Positions 37,380 through 49,800 of a stretch of 64,000 nucleotides of DNA are shown here, piece after piece. Location of the stretch: NCBI RefSeq assembly GCF_963921235.1, contig NC_086108.1, positions 31,312,001-31,376,000 on the forward strand. Reading direction: 5' to 3'. Positions within the stretch are counted from its first letter, which is position 1; each line of letters starts with the position of its first letter. The notes beneath the pieces were generated by a model that was not told the origin of the DNA, searched no databases, and saw only the letters and a program-made list of their open reading frames with translations. A program made the position numbers and the translations under genes. The DNA is from Mobula hypostoma (taxonomy: Eukaryota).

Positions 37380-39130
37380 AACCCGATTCATGAAGGCTTA
37401 GTGGGGCCAAGCTCCGGTGTATCCATTGAGGGTATTTATACTAGAGCCATACTTGACGCAGGCTCTCAGGTTACTCTGTTGTACTGTTCATTTTACAACC
37501 AGTATTTGACGCATTTACCATTGACGTCATTCCTAGTATTGAAATGGGCTGTGGTGAATAAGCTAAGTGACTATCTATATGGTGCCAAGTTCAAGGTGAG
37601 AACGGACAACAATCCATTAACATATCCTGATCTCAGCGAAACTGGATACCACAGGGCACTGGTGGTTGGCAGTGTGGTCTGTCCGTGATCTCAGCCTGAA
37701 TTACCGGCCAGGGAGTGGGAACATTGATGCAGATACTTTGTCCCGACATGCGCATGAAGGGCTGGAAAAGGACAGAAAACAGGAGAATGTTCCTAACCTG
37801 GAGTTAAAGCCATGTGCCAGTTTTCCATCACAGGTAAGTCAGAAGAAAGCCAAGGGCAAGCGTGAGCGATGGGTCATCTGGGAGCTTCTGGTTGTGCCAT
37901 TCCACAAGCTTACTGCAGCCTGACCACTCTGAATGCAAAGCAGTTGCCTGAATTGAGTTCAGGGGAAGTGGGCACTGCTCAGCGAGATGACCCTTACACA
38001 GGTACCGTTTGGTCAGCGGTTGCGAAAGGGAATATTGCCCAAGTGGACAAGATGAAACACCCTGCTGTATCTCTGTTGTTAAGAGAAAGTTCCATCTTGG
38101 AGTTGAGCAACCAGACTCTATACTGGGTCATGTCTCCTTCGTTGTCCCCAGTTGGTTCTGCTTGAAAAGTATCGAAGGATTGTGTTGATGTTACTTTGTG
38201 ATGATTCCAGCCACTTGGGGGTTGACAAGACCTATGGATTGCTCAGAGATTGGTTCTACTGGCCCCGGATGAAGCCGGAGGTCAAAAAGTACTGCATATT
38301 TTTTATTTGATGTATATGACGCTGCCTATGAAGGCCACTCCATTATCCCATTTGCAAGCTGTGGGGCCATCTGATCTGGTGTGTATGGATTTCCTATCAA
38401 TAGAGCCTGATACCAGCAACACGGCTAATGTCTTGGTTATTATGGATTACTACACCAGCTGTACGCAAGCCTTCCTACGGAGGATCAGAGGGCATCCACT
38501 GTGGCCAAAATGTTATGGGAAAAGTATTTAGTTCGTTATGGCCTCTCCCGATGGATACATAGTGATCAGGGATGGGATTTCAAGAGTAGGCTCATATATG
38601 AGTTACCGAGCATGCTTGGAGTCAAGAAGTCGAGGATCACCTCAGGGTGATCCCCAGCCCAAGAGGTTCAATCGGACATTGTTAGACATGCTCGGAACCT
38701 TGCAGATCAGTAAGAAGAAAAAGTGGAGTGAAGATATTGGACATCTGGTCCACTGCTACATTTGTACACAGAATGATGCTACCAGGTGCTCGCCATATTA
38801 TCTGATGTTTGGGCGCAAAGCGAGGTTGCCGTTGACCTCTGTTTTGGGACTGGCAGGGAACAGCCTACCACATAAGACTTATCTGAAGTACGTTTCTGAT
38901 ACGAGGAGGGAACTGCAAAGGGGTTATGAACTAGCCTGGAGACAGAGTTATCATAAGAATTTGGGGCTCCCGGGGAAGCAGAAGTTGGCTGACCACCGGG
39001 CAGCTACACCTTATGTAGTGGAGAGTCAGATGCCAAATGTACCAGTTTTCCAGGTGAAACCAAAGGATGGGAATGGACCTGTCAAAATTCTCCATCAGAA
39101 CCACCATCTACCATTGGGTACATGTTGACC
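37380..39130 (+). pseudogene. pol: pol remnant: aspartic protease fused to RNase H C-terminus, then integrase
   Basis: AILDAGSQVT; FLVLKWAV..YLYGAKFKVRTDNNPL; YRPGSGNIDADTLSR; VCMDFL, LVIMDYY, IHSDQG, RFNRTL. Confidence 0.85.
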
Positions 39131-39789
39131 TAGAGCCTGACATGGACCCTACACCTAGTAAGAGGACTCTGCGGCGATGTGGAGGAGCTGAAGGACAAGC
39201 AATGGAAAGGACTGGACTGGACCTAACCACTGAATGTGATATGGAACCAGAGGATGAGGAAACGGAGTTGTAGTATATGCTACCCTTTGCAAATTCCCCA
39301 ATAACTGACCAAGAGATTCCCAAACCTCCCCAAGCTGATGTGGGTGAAATGGGGGAACTAGCAGTGGGCAGGCAGGTTTGTGGTTGGACAATGACGGGAG
39401 ACTGGACTCTAAGGTAACTCAGCATAAAGCCGAGCTCAGCCAAGTGATCTGCGCGGTCAGGAGACATGAGTACTAGACAGGGAGAGGCCTCTCCATGTAG
39501 ACAGGAAAGATCCCAGGGAGTTTCTGAAACTGAAGAAGTAGATGATGAGGTGAGGAGGTCTCCAAGAGTCAGGAACTTCCCCCCCCCCCCCAATAGGCTG
39601 GCCTGCATCACACCAGGGGAAAAGAGTGTTGCACCTATCTCCTTTGTGAGATATGTTACTGCCATTTATACATGGATCGGAGGTCCCAACGTCATGAAAT
39701 TCCTTTGGAAATTTGTGTTATTCATGAAGGGGTGATACATAATCTCAAAGTCATGAGGACATGACTATTTTTAGTGGGGGGGTGCGGAG

Positions 39790-40426
39790 TGTAACACCCT
39801 GGTAAAGATTTCACTGCTAACATTGTAGGGTATTTCAGGTAGAAGCAGTGTTTGGGTTGTTATTAGAGATAACGGGTGCTTAGGAATGTGAGCCACCCAA
39901 TCAGGAGAGAAGGCTAGAGGAGTGGGGTTTTTTGTACCTGACACCAGTGTGAGTCCTTGTCTGTGTTCAGAGGGAGATGAAGAGAACCAGTTGTAGGATT
40001 CGATCCACTAATGACCGAGATTCAATGGAGCAAGGTGAGTGTCGGTAAGTATGACTTTCGGAAGAGTTGAGCTCCACCCTGTGCACATTTGACTGTTTAA
40101 TTATAATGGCACTTTTTGGTTTTTTTCTTTCTTTTCTTTACTAACCCTTTAGTAATATTCATAAATTTACTTTATTTAATTATATGCAGTGTGCATTCTA
40201 TTATTTCCTGCAACAAGCTGTAACAAGGCAGCAAATCACACAGCATTCACACTAACCTGGGCTTGGGTAGGAAAGACATCCCAATCTCATGGGTTTGCTG
40301 GGACTGGAGTGTGTATTCCCTAGACATATGCGGCCGTGGAGCGGTGGGTCTCTTGGCGAGATTGTGAGACTGGAAGCAAGGGCTAACGAGCCATTTCCTC
40401 AGACGTCCAAGAAGAAAGGGGATTCA
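39790..40426 (+). repeat. 3' LTR
   Basis: tgtaacaccctggtaaag ... gaagaaaggggattca; preceded by purine-rich agtgggggggtgcggag. Confidence 0.88.
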
Positions 40427-40609
40427 AAAGAATAATAAATACATATCCTTGCTTTTTCATACTCAACTAGTGTGTGCATCAAAATGTGTAAGAGTATGTA
40501 TGATTTTTATCACAAGAAGAAATTTAAAACGCCAGTTTTTCTTTGGGTAGTTTCGGTGTCCTCAATTGCACTTTTAGTTATCATTCCATCTGCATTGTCA
40601 TGATTTTAG

Positions 40610-41070
40610 TTATACCTATAAATATGAAAGATATCAATAAGATTGAAGGAGTACAGAGAAAACTGAGAACCTGAGTTACAGGGAAAGGTTGAATAGGTTA
40701 TGACTTTATTCCTTGGAGTAGAGGAGAATGAGGAGAGATTTGGTAGAGGTATACAAAATTATGAGGGGTTCACGCCAACAGCTTTCTTTCCAATAATGTT
40801 GGGAAAGATTGGAAATAGAGGTCATAGGTCAAGGGTGAAATGTGAAATACTTAAGGGGAACCAAAGGGGGAATTTCTTCAGGGTGTGGTGGGTATATGGC
40901 ACAAGCTGCCCATGCAAGTGGTGGATGGGGGTTCGACTGCAACACTTCAGAACAGTTTGAGTAAGTACATGGATGGGAGGGGTACGGAGTGCGGTGGCCC
41001 AGGTGTGGGTTGAAGGGACTAGGAAGACCAGAGGGCCAACTTCCATGCAGTAGTGCTCTATGACTTTATG
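40610..41070 (+). mobile_element. CR1 3' fragment
   Basis: gattgaaggagtacagagaa, gaaaggttgaataggtta, agggggaatttcttca. Confidence 0.7.
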
Positions 41071-41417
41071 GCTCCAACAATCAACTACCCAGTTAGACTT
41101 TCTCTGCTCCTCCTGTGGCCTCATGGATCCCATTGTAGTCTCAAAAGCCACCTTAGAACCCACAGAAATGGAGTGTAACTAAGTCACCCTTCATCTCCAT
41201 CTTACATCTACGGACTCCAGAGCCTGCCGGCCCCGACGCTAGCAGGCATGAACTTTCGGTTGCGGCCCCTGCCGTTGATCTCGGCGGCTCCAACACCTCA
41301 GGACATATTCAAAACCCGGACTCCAGCAACGACCATGGACACATTCAAAGCGATCGCGCAACCACCAACTGCGACTCCAGCCTTGAACTCCAGGCCGGGT
41401 CTTTATGTGCTGCTGTT

Positions 41418-43785
41418 GTGACTCCCGTCTCCCCTTCCCCCACCACCACTCCGCAGCCCCGTCTTCCTCAGATCCCACCGTCAGCTCCTGGGCCCTCAGA
41501 GGCTCCATCTTCCTCTCACCCCAACCCTCCCCTCTCCACTGACACCCCCAGCCTCCCCCCTCCCCCCTCTGATCCCAGCTCTCATCCGTGCCGGGTCTTT
41601 ACCATCCCCTCCGACCTTCAACTGTCGGAGGCAGAACGCTCTGTTCTCAGTAAGGGCCTCACGTTTGTCCCCCTTCGCCCACACCTCAGCGAGTTCCGTG
41701 TTCGCCACGATGCGGAACTTTTCTTCCGCCGTCTCCGTCTCCGAGCCTACTTCTTCGGCAAGGACTCTTCCATCCCCACCGATGACCCCTTCTCCCGTCT
41801 TCAACCCTCCTCTTCTTCATGGACACCCCGCTCTGGTCTTCTGCCTGCTCTGGATCTCTTTATTGCCAACTGCCGACGGGACATCAACCGTCTCGACTTC
41901 ACCGCACCTTGTCCCCATTCCAACCTCACTCCTTCGGAACGCTCTGCTCTCCACTCCCTCCGCACTAATCCTAACATTATTATTAAACCCTCTGATAAAG
42001 GGGGTGCTGTTGTAGTCTGGCGTACTGACCTCTACCTTGCCGAGGCACAGCGACAACTCGCGGATACCTCCTCTTATTTACCCCTCGATCGTGACCCCAC
42101 TAAGGAGCACCAGGCCATTGTCTCCCACACTATCAACGACTTTATCCGCTCAGGGGATCTCCCATCCACTGCTACCAACCTTATAGTTCCCACACCCCGC
42201 ACTTCCCGTTTTTACCTCCTACCCAAGATCCACAAACCTGCCTGTCCTGGCCGACCTATTGTCTCAGCTTGCTCCTGCCCCACCGAACTCGTTTCTGCAT
42301 ACCTCGACACTGTTTTATCACCCCTTGTTCAATCCCTTCCGACCTATGTTCGTGACACTTCTCACGCTCTTAAACTTTTCGATGATTTTAAGTCCCCTGG
42401 CCCCCACCGCTTTATTTTCACCATGGATGTCCAGTCCCTATATACTTCCATCCCCCATCAGGAAGGTCTCAAAGCTCTACGCTTCTTTTTGGATTCCAGA
42501 CCTAATCAGTTCCCCTCTACCACCACTCTGCTCCGTCTAGCAGAATTAGTCCTTACTCTTAATAATTTCTCCTTTTGCTCCTCCCATTTCCTCCAAACTA
42601 AAGGTGTAGCTATGGGCACCCGTATGGGTCCTAGCTATGCCTGCCTTTTTGTTGGGTTTGTGGAACAATCTATGTTCCGTGCCTATTCTGGTATCTGTCC
42701 CCCACTTTTCCTTCGCTACATCGACGACTGCATTGGCGCTGCTTCCTGCATGCATGCAGAACTCGTTGACTTTATTAACTTTTGCCTCCAACTTTCACCC
42801 TGCCCTCAAGTTTACCTGGTCCATTTCCGACACCTCCCTCCCCTTTCTAGATCTTTCTGTCTCTGTCTCTGGAGACAGCTTATCCACTGATGTCTACTAT
42901 AAGCCTACTGACTCTCACAGCTATCTGGACTATTCCTCTTCTCACCCTGTCTCTTGCAAAAACGCCATCCCCTTCTCGCAATTCCTCTGTCTCCGCCGCA
43001 TCTGCTCTCAGGATGAGGCTTTTCATTCTAGGACGAGGGAGATGTCTTCATTTTTTAAAGAAAGGGGCTTCCCTTCCTCCACTATCAACTCTGCTCTTAA
43101 ACGCATCTCCCCCATTTCACGTACATCTGCTCTCACTCCATCCTCCCACCACCCCACTAGGAATAGGGTTCCCCTGGTCCTCACCTACCACCCCACCAGC
43201 CTCCGGGTCCAACATATTATTCTCCGTAACTTCCGCCACATCCAACGGGATCCCACCACTAAGCATATCTTTCCCTCCCCCCCTCTCTCTGCATTCCGCA
43301 GGGATCGCTCCCTACACAACTCCCTTGTCCATTCATCCCCCCCATCCCTCCCCACTGATCTCCCTCCTGGTACTTATCCGTGTAAGCGGAACAAGTGCTA
43401 CACATGCACTTACACTTCCTCCCTTACCACCATTCAGGGCCCCAAACAGTCCTTCCAGGTGAGGCATCACTTCACCTGTGAGTCGACTGGGGTGATATAC
43501 TGCGTCCAGTGCTCCCGATGTGGCCTTTTATATATTGGTGAGACCCAACGCAGACTGGGAGACCGCTTCGCTGAACATCTACGCTCTGTCCGCCAGAGAA
43601 AGCAGGATCTCCCAGTGGCCACACATTTTAATTCCACATCCCATTCCCATTCTGACATGTCTATCCACAGCCTCCTCTACTGTAAAGATGAAGCCGCACT
43701 CAGGTTGGAGGAACAACACCTTATATTCCGTATGGGTAGCCTCCAACCTGATGGCATGAACATTGACTTCTCTAACTTCCGCTAG
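41418..43785 (+). pseudogene. PLE reverse transcriptase / GIY-YIG endonuclease, one +1 frameshift near 42780-42783
   Basis: KPSDKGG, LPKIHK, RPIVS, MDVQSLYTSIP, GVAMG, RYIDD in frame 1; FLDL, CKRNKCYTC linker, VIYCVQCSRCGLLYIGET, RFAEH, GMN in frame 2. Confidence 0.93.
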
Positions 43786-44073
43786 GCCCCACCTCCCCCT
43801 CGTACCCCATTTGTTACTCTTTTTTATGCACACATTCTTTCTCTCACTCTCCTTTTTCTCCCTCTGTCCCTCTGAATATACCTCTTGCCCATCCTCTGGG
43901 TCACCCCCCCCCCCGTCTTTCTTCCCGGACCTCCTGTCCCATGATCCTCTCGTATCCCCTTCTGCCTATCACCTGTCCAACTCTCGGCTCCATCCCTCCC
44001 CCTCCTGTCTTCTCCTATCATTTTGGATCTCCCCCTCCAGCTTTCAAATCCCTTACTCACTCTTCCTTCAGTT

Positions 44074-44109
44074 AGTCCTGACGAAGGGTCTCGGCCTGAA
44101 ACGTCGACT
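44074..44109 (+). ncRNA. Minimal type I hammerhead ribozyme, intact core
   Basis: Stem I agtc/gact; CUGACGA 44078-44084; stem II agg/cct; GAAA 44098-44101; palindromic ACGU stem III; predicted cleavage after GUC at 44105. Confidence 0.85.
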
Positions 44110-44209
44110 GCGCCTCTTCCTATAGATGCTGCTTGGCCTGCTGCGTTCACCAGCAACTTTGATGTGTGTTGCTTCATCTCCAGGGACTGATTATCAGAGT
44201 CAATGTTGA

Positions 44210-45500
44210 GGTTGAAGTTATTTGGAGTCCATTGTTAAGTATGAGGTTATTGGAGTCCATTTTTAAGAATGAGGTTATGGAGTACTTGGTGACACAGGAC
44301 AAGATAGGATAAAGGGAAAATCTTGCCTGACAAAACTGTCGAAATTTTTTGAGGAGATTACAAGTAGGACAGATAAAGGATATGCAGTGGATGTTTTATG
44401 TTTGAACTTTCAGAAGAACTTTGACAAGGTGCTGCACATGAGGCTGCTTACCAAGTTAAGAGCCCATGGTATTACAGGAAAGTTACTAAAATGTTTGGAG
44501 CATCGGCTGATTGGAGGGAGGCAGCCAGTGGGAATAAAAGGATCCTTGATTGGTTGGCTGCCAGTGACTAGTGGTGTTCCGCAGGGGTTGGTATTGCGAC
44601 TGCTTCTTTTATCTTGTATATCAATGATTTAGTTGATGGAATAGATGGCTTTGTTGTCAAGTTTGCAGATGATATGAAGAATGGTGGAGGGGCAGGTAGT
44701 GCTGAGGAAACAGGTAGGCTGCAAGGAAATTGGACAGATTAGGAGGCTGGGCAAGAGAGTGGCAAATGAAAACAATGTCTAAAAATCTGAGATGCAAAGG
44801 GAGTCCTTGTGCAGAATGCCCTGAAGTTTAAATTGCAGGTAGAGTCAGTGGTGAGGAAGACAAATGCAATGCTAGCATTCATTTCAAGAGGTCTAGAATA
44901 CAAGAGCAGGGATATGATGCTGAGGCTTTATAAGGCACTGGTGAGGCCTCGCCTTGAGTATTGTAAACAGTTTTGGGCTCTTCATCTAAGAAAAGATCCA
45001 CTGGCACTGGAGAGGGTTCAGATAGGGTTCACAAGGATGATTCCAGGAGTGGACGAGTATCGTATGAGGAATATTTGATGGCTCTGGGTCAGTACTCACT
45101 GGAATTTAGAAGGATGAGGTGGGGTGGATCTCATTGAAACCATTTGAGTGTTGAAAGGCCTAGACAGAGTAGATGTGAAAAGGATGTTTCCCATGGTGGG
45201 GTAGTCTAGGACAAGAGGGCACAGCCTCAGGATAGAGGGGCGGCTTTTTAAAATACAGGTGCGGAGAAATTTCTTTAGGAGAGAGTTTTTTGAATTTATT
45301 ACCACAGGCAGCTGTGGAGGCAGGGTGTTTGGTGTATTTAAGACAGAGCTTGAAAGGTTCTTGATTGGACACGGCATCAAAGGTTATGGGGAGAAGGACG
45401 GGGAGTGGGGCTGAGGAGGGAAAAAGAGGATCAGCCATGATTGAATGACAGAGCAGATTCGATGGGCCAAATGGCCTAATTCTGCTCCTATGCTATGGTT
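44210..45500 (+). mobile_element. CR1 3' fragment
   Basis: LNFQKNFDKV, SGVPQG, KFADD, LYKALVRPRLEYC. Confidence 0.9.
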
Positions 45501-45884
45501 TTACAGTCTTACATCCTGCAGTAGTACAAATTGTGTTTTCTAATGTGGAGATTTTCTTTTTGATCTGTATATTTTAAAAAAGTGGTTTAGTTTCATAAAG
45601 CTGTTGAATTAAACAAAGAGTCCATGAAAAGCTGTCTTTTCCCTCTGCAATAAGGATATGTACACTTTGAAAGCCAGAAGAGTTTTCCTTCTCTTTAAAT
45701 ACTCCAAACAGCTTAACTTTGAGGGAGGTATATGTTTTCTAAATATAAGAAATATAAAACCTCAGTCTGTGTCTGCATAAGTTTGTAGTTTTCACTCCGC
45801 CAACTAAGTTTTTAATATACTCATCAAAAACATCTTTTAGATAGATGGCTACACTATTTAAAAATGGGATGGGGTGGGAAGAGA

Positions 45885-46228
45885 TGGAAATCAGATTTAA
45901 TATCACTTGCAAATTTGTTGTTATGCCATGGTATATTGCAATACGTAATAAAAACTGTAAATTACATGAAGAATATTTATATAAAAATTTAAATTAAATA
46001 AATAGTGCAAAAAGAGAAAATAAATAATAAGGTTGTGTTTATGGGTTCAACATCCATTCATAAATCTAATGGCAGAGGGGAGAAAGCTTTTTCCTGAATT
46101 GTTGAGTGTGTGCCTGTACCAGTCTCTTGTACCTCCTTCCTGATGGTAGTAACAAGAAGAGAGCATGTTCTCGGTGATGGGGGCTCATAATGATGGTCGC
46201 CGCCTTTTTGAGGCATCGCTCCTTGAAA
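45885..46228 (-). mobile_element. Rex1/Babar 3' fragment
   Basis: KERCLKKAATII..HHREHALFLLLPSGRRY. Confidence 0.75.
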
Positions 46229-49200
46229 CATAGAAACATAAAAAACCTACACCACAATACAGGCCCTTCAGCCCACAAAGTTGTGCTGAACATGTCGCTA
46301 CCTTCGAAATTACTAAGCTTACCTATAGCCCTCTATTTTTCTAAGCTCCATGTACTCATCCAAAAGTCTCTTAAAAGACCCTATCATATCCACCTCCACC
46401 ACCATTGCCGGCAGCCCATTCCACGCATTCACCACTCTCTGAGTAAAAAACTTACCCCTGACATCTCCTCTGTATCTACTCCCCAGCACCTTAAACCTGC
46501 ATCCTCTTGTGGCAACCATTTCAGCCCTGAGAAAAAGCCTCTGACTATCCACACGATCAATGACTCTCATCATCTTACACACCTCTATCAGGTCACCTCT
46601 CATTCTCCGTCGTTCCAAGGAGAAAAGGCCGAGTTCACTCAACCTATTCTCATAAGGCATGCTCCCCAATCCAGGCAACATCCTTGTAAGTCTCCTCTGC
46701 ACCCTTTCTATGGCTTCCACATCCTTCCTGTAGTGAGGCGACCAGAACTGAGCACAGTACTCCAAGTGGGGTCTGACCAGGGTCCTATATAGCTGCAACA
46801 TTACCTCTCGGCTCCTAAATTCAATTCCACGATTGATGAAGGCCAATACACTGTATGCCTTCTTAACCACAGAGTCAACCTGTGCAGCTGCTTGGAGCGT
46901 CCTATGGATTCGGACCCCAAGATCCCTCTGATCCTCTACACTGCCAAGAGCCTTACCATTAATACTATATTCTGCTATCATATTTGACCTACCAAAATGA
47001 ACCACTTCAAACTTATCTGGTTTGAACTCTATCTGCCACTTCTCAGCCCAGTTTTGCATCCTATCAATGTCCTGCTGTAACCTCTGACAGCCGTCCACAC
47101 TATCCACAACAGCTCCAACCTTTGTGTCAACAACAAACATACTAACCCATCCTTCCACTTCCTCATCCAGGTCATTTATAAAAATCACAAAGAGTAAGGG
47201 TCCCAGAACAGATCCCTGAGGTACACCAGTGGTCACCGACCTCCATACAGAATATGACCCGTCTACAATCACTCCTTGCCTTCTGTGGGCAAGCCGGTTC
47301 TGGATCCGCAAGGCAGTGTTGCCTTGGATCCCATGCCTCCTTACTTTCTCAATAAGCCTTGCATGGGGTACCTTATCAAGTGCCTTGCTGAAATCCATAT
47401 ACACTACATCTACTGCTCTTCCTTCATCAATGTGTTTAGTCACATCTTCAAAAGATCTTAACGAACTCATAAGGCACGACCTGCCCTTGACAAAGCCATG
47501 CTGACTATTCCTAATCATATTATACCTCTCCAAATGTTCATAAATCCTGCCTCTCAGGATCTTCTCCATCAACTTACCAACCACAGAGGTAAGACTCACT
47601 AGTCTATAATTTCCTGGGCTATCTCTACTCCCTTTCTTGAATAAAGGAACAACATCCGCAACCCTCCAGCCTCTAGAACCTCTCCTGTCCCCATTGATGA
47701 TGCAAAGATCATCGCCAGAGGCTCAGCAATCTCCTTTCTCACCTCCCACAGTAGCCTGGGCTACATCTCCTAAAGATCACGAAGAGTAAGGGTCCCAGAA
47801 CAGATCCCTGAGGCACTCCACTCCACTGGTGACCGACCTCCATGCAGAATATGACCAGTCTACAACCACACTTTGCCTTCTGTCAGCAAGCCAGTTCTGA
47901 ATCCACAAGGCAATGTCCCCTTGGATCCTATGCCTCCTTCCTTTCTCAATAAGCCTTGCATGGGTCTAGGAGGGAGGAGAAGATGGTGGCACGATGCAGC
48001 GTGCACGGCCGTTCCAAGTGATATCGATTATGTGTTAACTAGGGGGCCGTGCACAATCTGGATTTGATGGAGACAGCCGTAAGAAGCACAGAGGAACAGC
48101 TGGAGTAACTTCTGAAATGCCCGCTTCGCTGTCACTGCTACTGCGCGATTGAGAATCTCCGGAGACGAAGGCCCCAAATCCTCGGCTTTGCCTATTGCCT
48201 GTTGCCGGGGCTGGGGTCGAAGTGCTCGGCAGAGATGGTGCTTGGTGCTCAGTGTCGGAGAGCTGTTCGGAGGTTTGGAGTTTTTTTGGACGGACTCGGA
48301 GTCGGACTACGGTTGGATGCTTCCAGTATGCTGCATCAGCAAGTTGGCAGCACTGGAGGTTTACCGTCTGCATGAGATGATGGGACTTTCGAGAGACTTT
48401 GAGACCTTTACCATGCCCATGGTCTGTTCTTATCAAATTACGGTATTGCTTTGCACTGTTGCAACTATATGTCATAATTATGTGGTTTTTGTTAGTTTTT
48501 AAGTCGCTTTCTCATGTATTTCCTTGATATCATTCTGGAAAAACATTGTGTCATTTCCTAATGCATGCATCACTAAATGACAATAAAAGAGAACTGCGTG
48601 TCCTCATAATCTAATCTAAATCTAATCTCATCTAGTCCTGGCAATTTATCCAGTTTGATTCTTTCCAAAAGCTCCAGCACATCTTCTTTCTTAATATCTA
48701 CATGCTCAAGCTTTTCAGTCTGCTGCAAGTCGTCACTACAATCACCAAGATGCTTTTTCCATAGTGAATACTGAAGTAAAGTATTCATTAAGTACCTCTG
48801 CTATTTCCTCCGGTTCCATACACACTTTCCCACTGTCACACTTGATTCTTTCACGTCTTATCCTTTTGTTCTTCACATATTTGTAGAATGCCTTGGGGTT
48901 TTCCTTAATCCTGCCTGCCAAGGCCTTTTCATGGCCCCTTCTGGCTCTCCTAATTTCCTTCTTAAGCTCCTTCCTATTAACCTTATAATCTTCTAGATCT
49001 CTAACATTTCTTATCTCTCTGAACCTTTTGCAAGCTTTTCTTTTCTTCTTGACTAGATTTATTACAGCCTTTGTACACCATGGTTCCTGTACCCTGCCAT
49101 AACTTCCCTGTCTCATTGGAACGTACCTATGCAGAACTCCACACAAATACCCCCTGAACATTTGCCACATTTCTTCCGTACTTTTCCCTGAGAACATCTG

Positions 49201-49800
49201 TTTCCAGCTTAAGCTTCCAATTTCCTGCCTGATAGCCTCATAATTCCCATTGCATAACACTCCTTGCATTAAAATAGACACATCTCAAACCTTCGGTCTG
49301 AGCACGTTCCTTCTCTATCACCTGCCTATCCTCCCTCTTGCACTGTCTACAAGCTTTCTCTATTTGTGAGCCAATCTCCTCTTCCCCAGTCTCTTCAGTT
49401 CGATTCCCACTCCCCAACAATTCTAGTTTAAACTCTCCCCAGTAGCCAGGCAAACCTCCCCGCCAGGATATTGGTCCACCTGGGATTCAAGTGCAACCCG
49501 TCCTTTTTGAACAGGTCACACCTACCCCAAAAGAGGTCCCAATGATCCAGAAATCTGAATCCCTGCCCCCTGCTCCAATCCCTTAGCCACACATTTATCC
49601 TCCACCTCATTCTTTTCCTAGTCTCACTGTCACATGGCACAGGCAGTAATCCCGAGATTACTACCTTTGCGGTCCTGCTTCTCAACTTCCTTCCTACCTC
49701 CCTGTAGTCTTTTTTCAGGACCTCTTCCCTTTTCCCACCTATGTCATTGGTACCAGTATGTACCATGACCTCTGGCTGTTCTCCCTCCCACTGCAGGATA
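46229..49800 (-). mobile_element. Long CR1 LINE (ORF1 SGNH-esterase-like part + ORF2 with most of the endonuclease missing), interrupted at 47770-48628
   Basis: ORF1 HTGTNDI, SGLLP, DGLHLN; ORF2 start LRCVYFNARS jumps to post-endonuclease sequence; [23 protein letters not shown]; (catagaaa) tail at 46229. Confidence 0.92.
47968..48628 (+). mobile_element. ~640-bp SINE-like retroposon, copy 3
   Basis: aggagggaggagaagatggtggc head; (taatc)n tail. Confidence 0.88.

Larger units (their letters stand above)
35116..40426 (+). mobile_element. Gypsy/Ty3 LTR retrotransposon, decayed, RT deleted
   Basis: Two LTRs with TG...CA ends, PBS, polypurine tract, gag-protease-RNaseH end-integrase order; imperfect 4-bp TSD taag/aaag. 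Confidence 0.92.
41200..44171 (+). mobile_element. Near-complete Penelope-like element (Neptune-type)
   Basis: TSD cttcatctcca at 41189-41199 and 44172-44182; long RT + GIY-YIG ORF; pyrimidine-rich 3' UTR with hammerhead motif. Confidence 0.95.

Noticed and set aside
46190..46792. 200-aa plus-strand ORF
   Set aside because: Antisense shadow of CR1 ORF2
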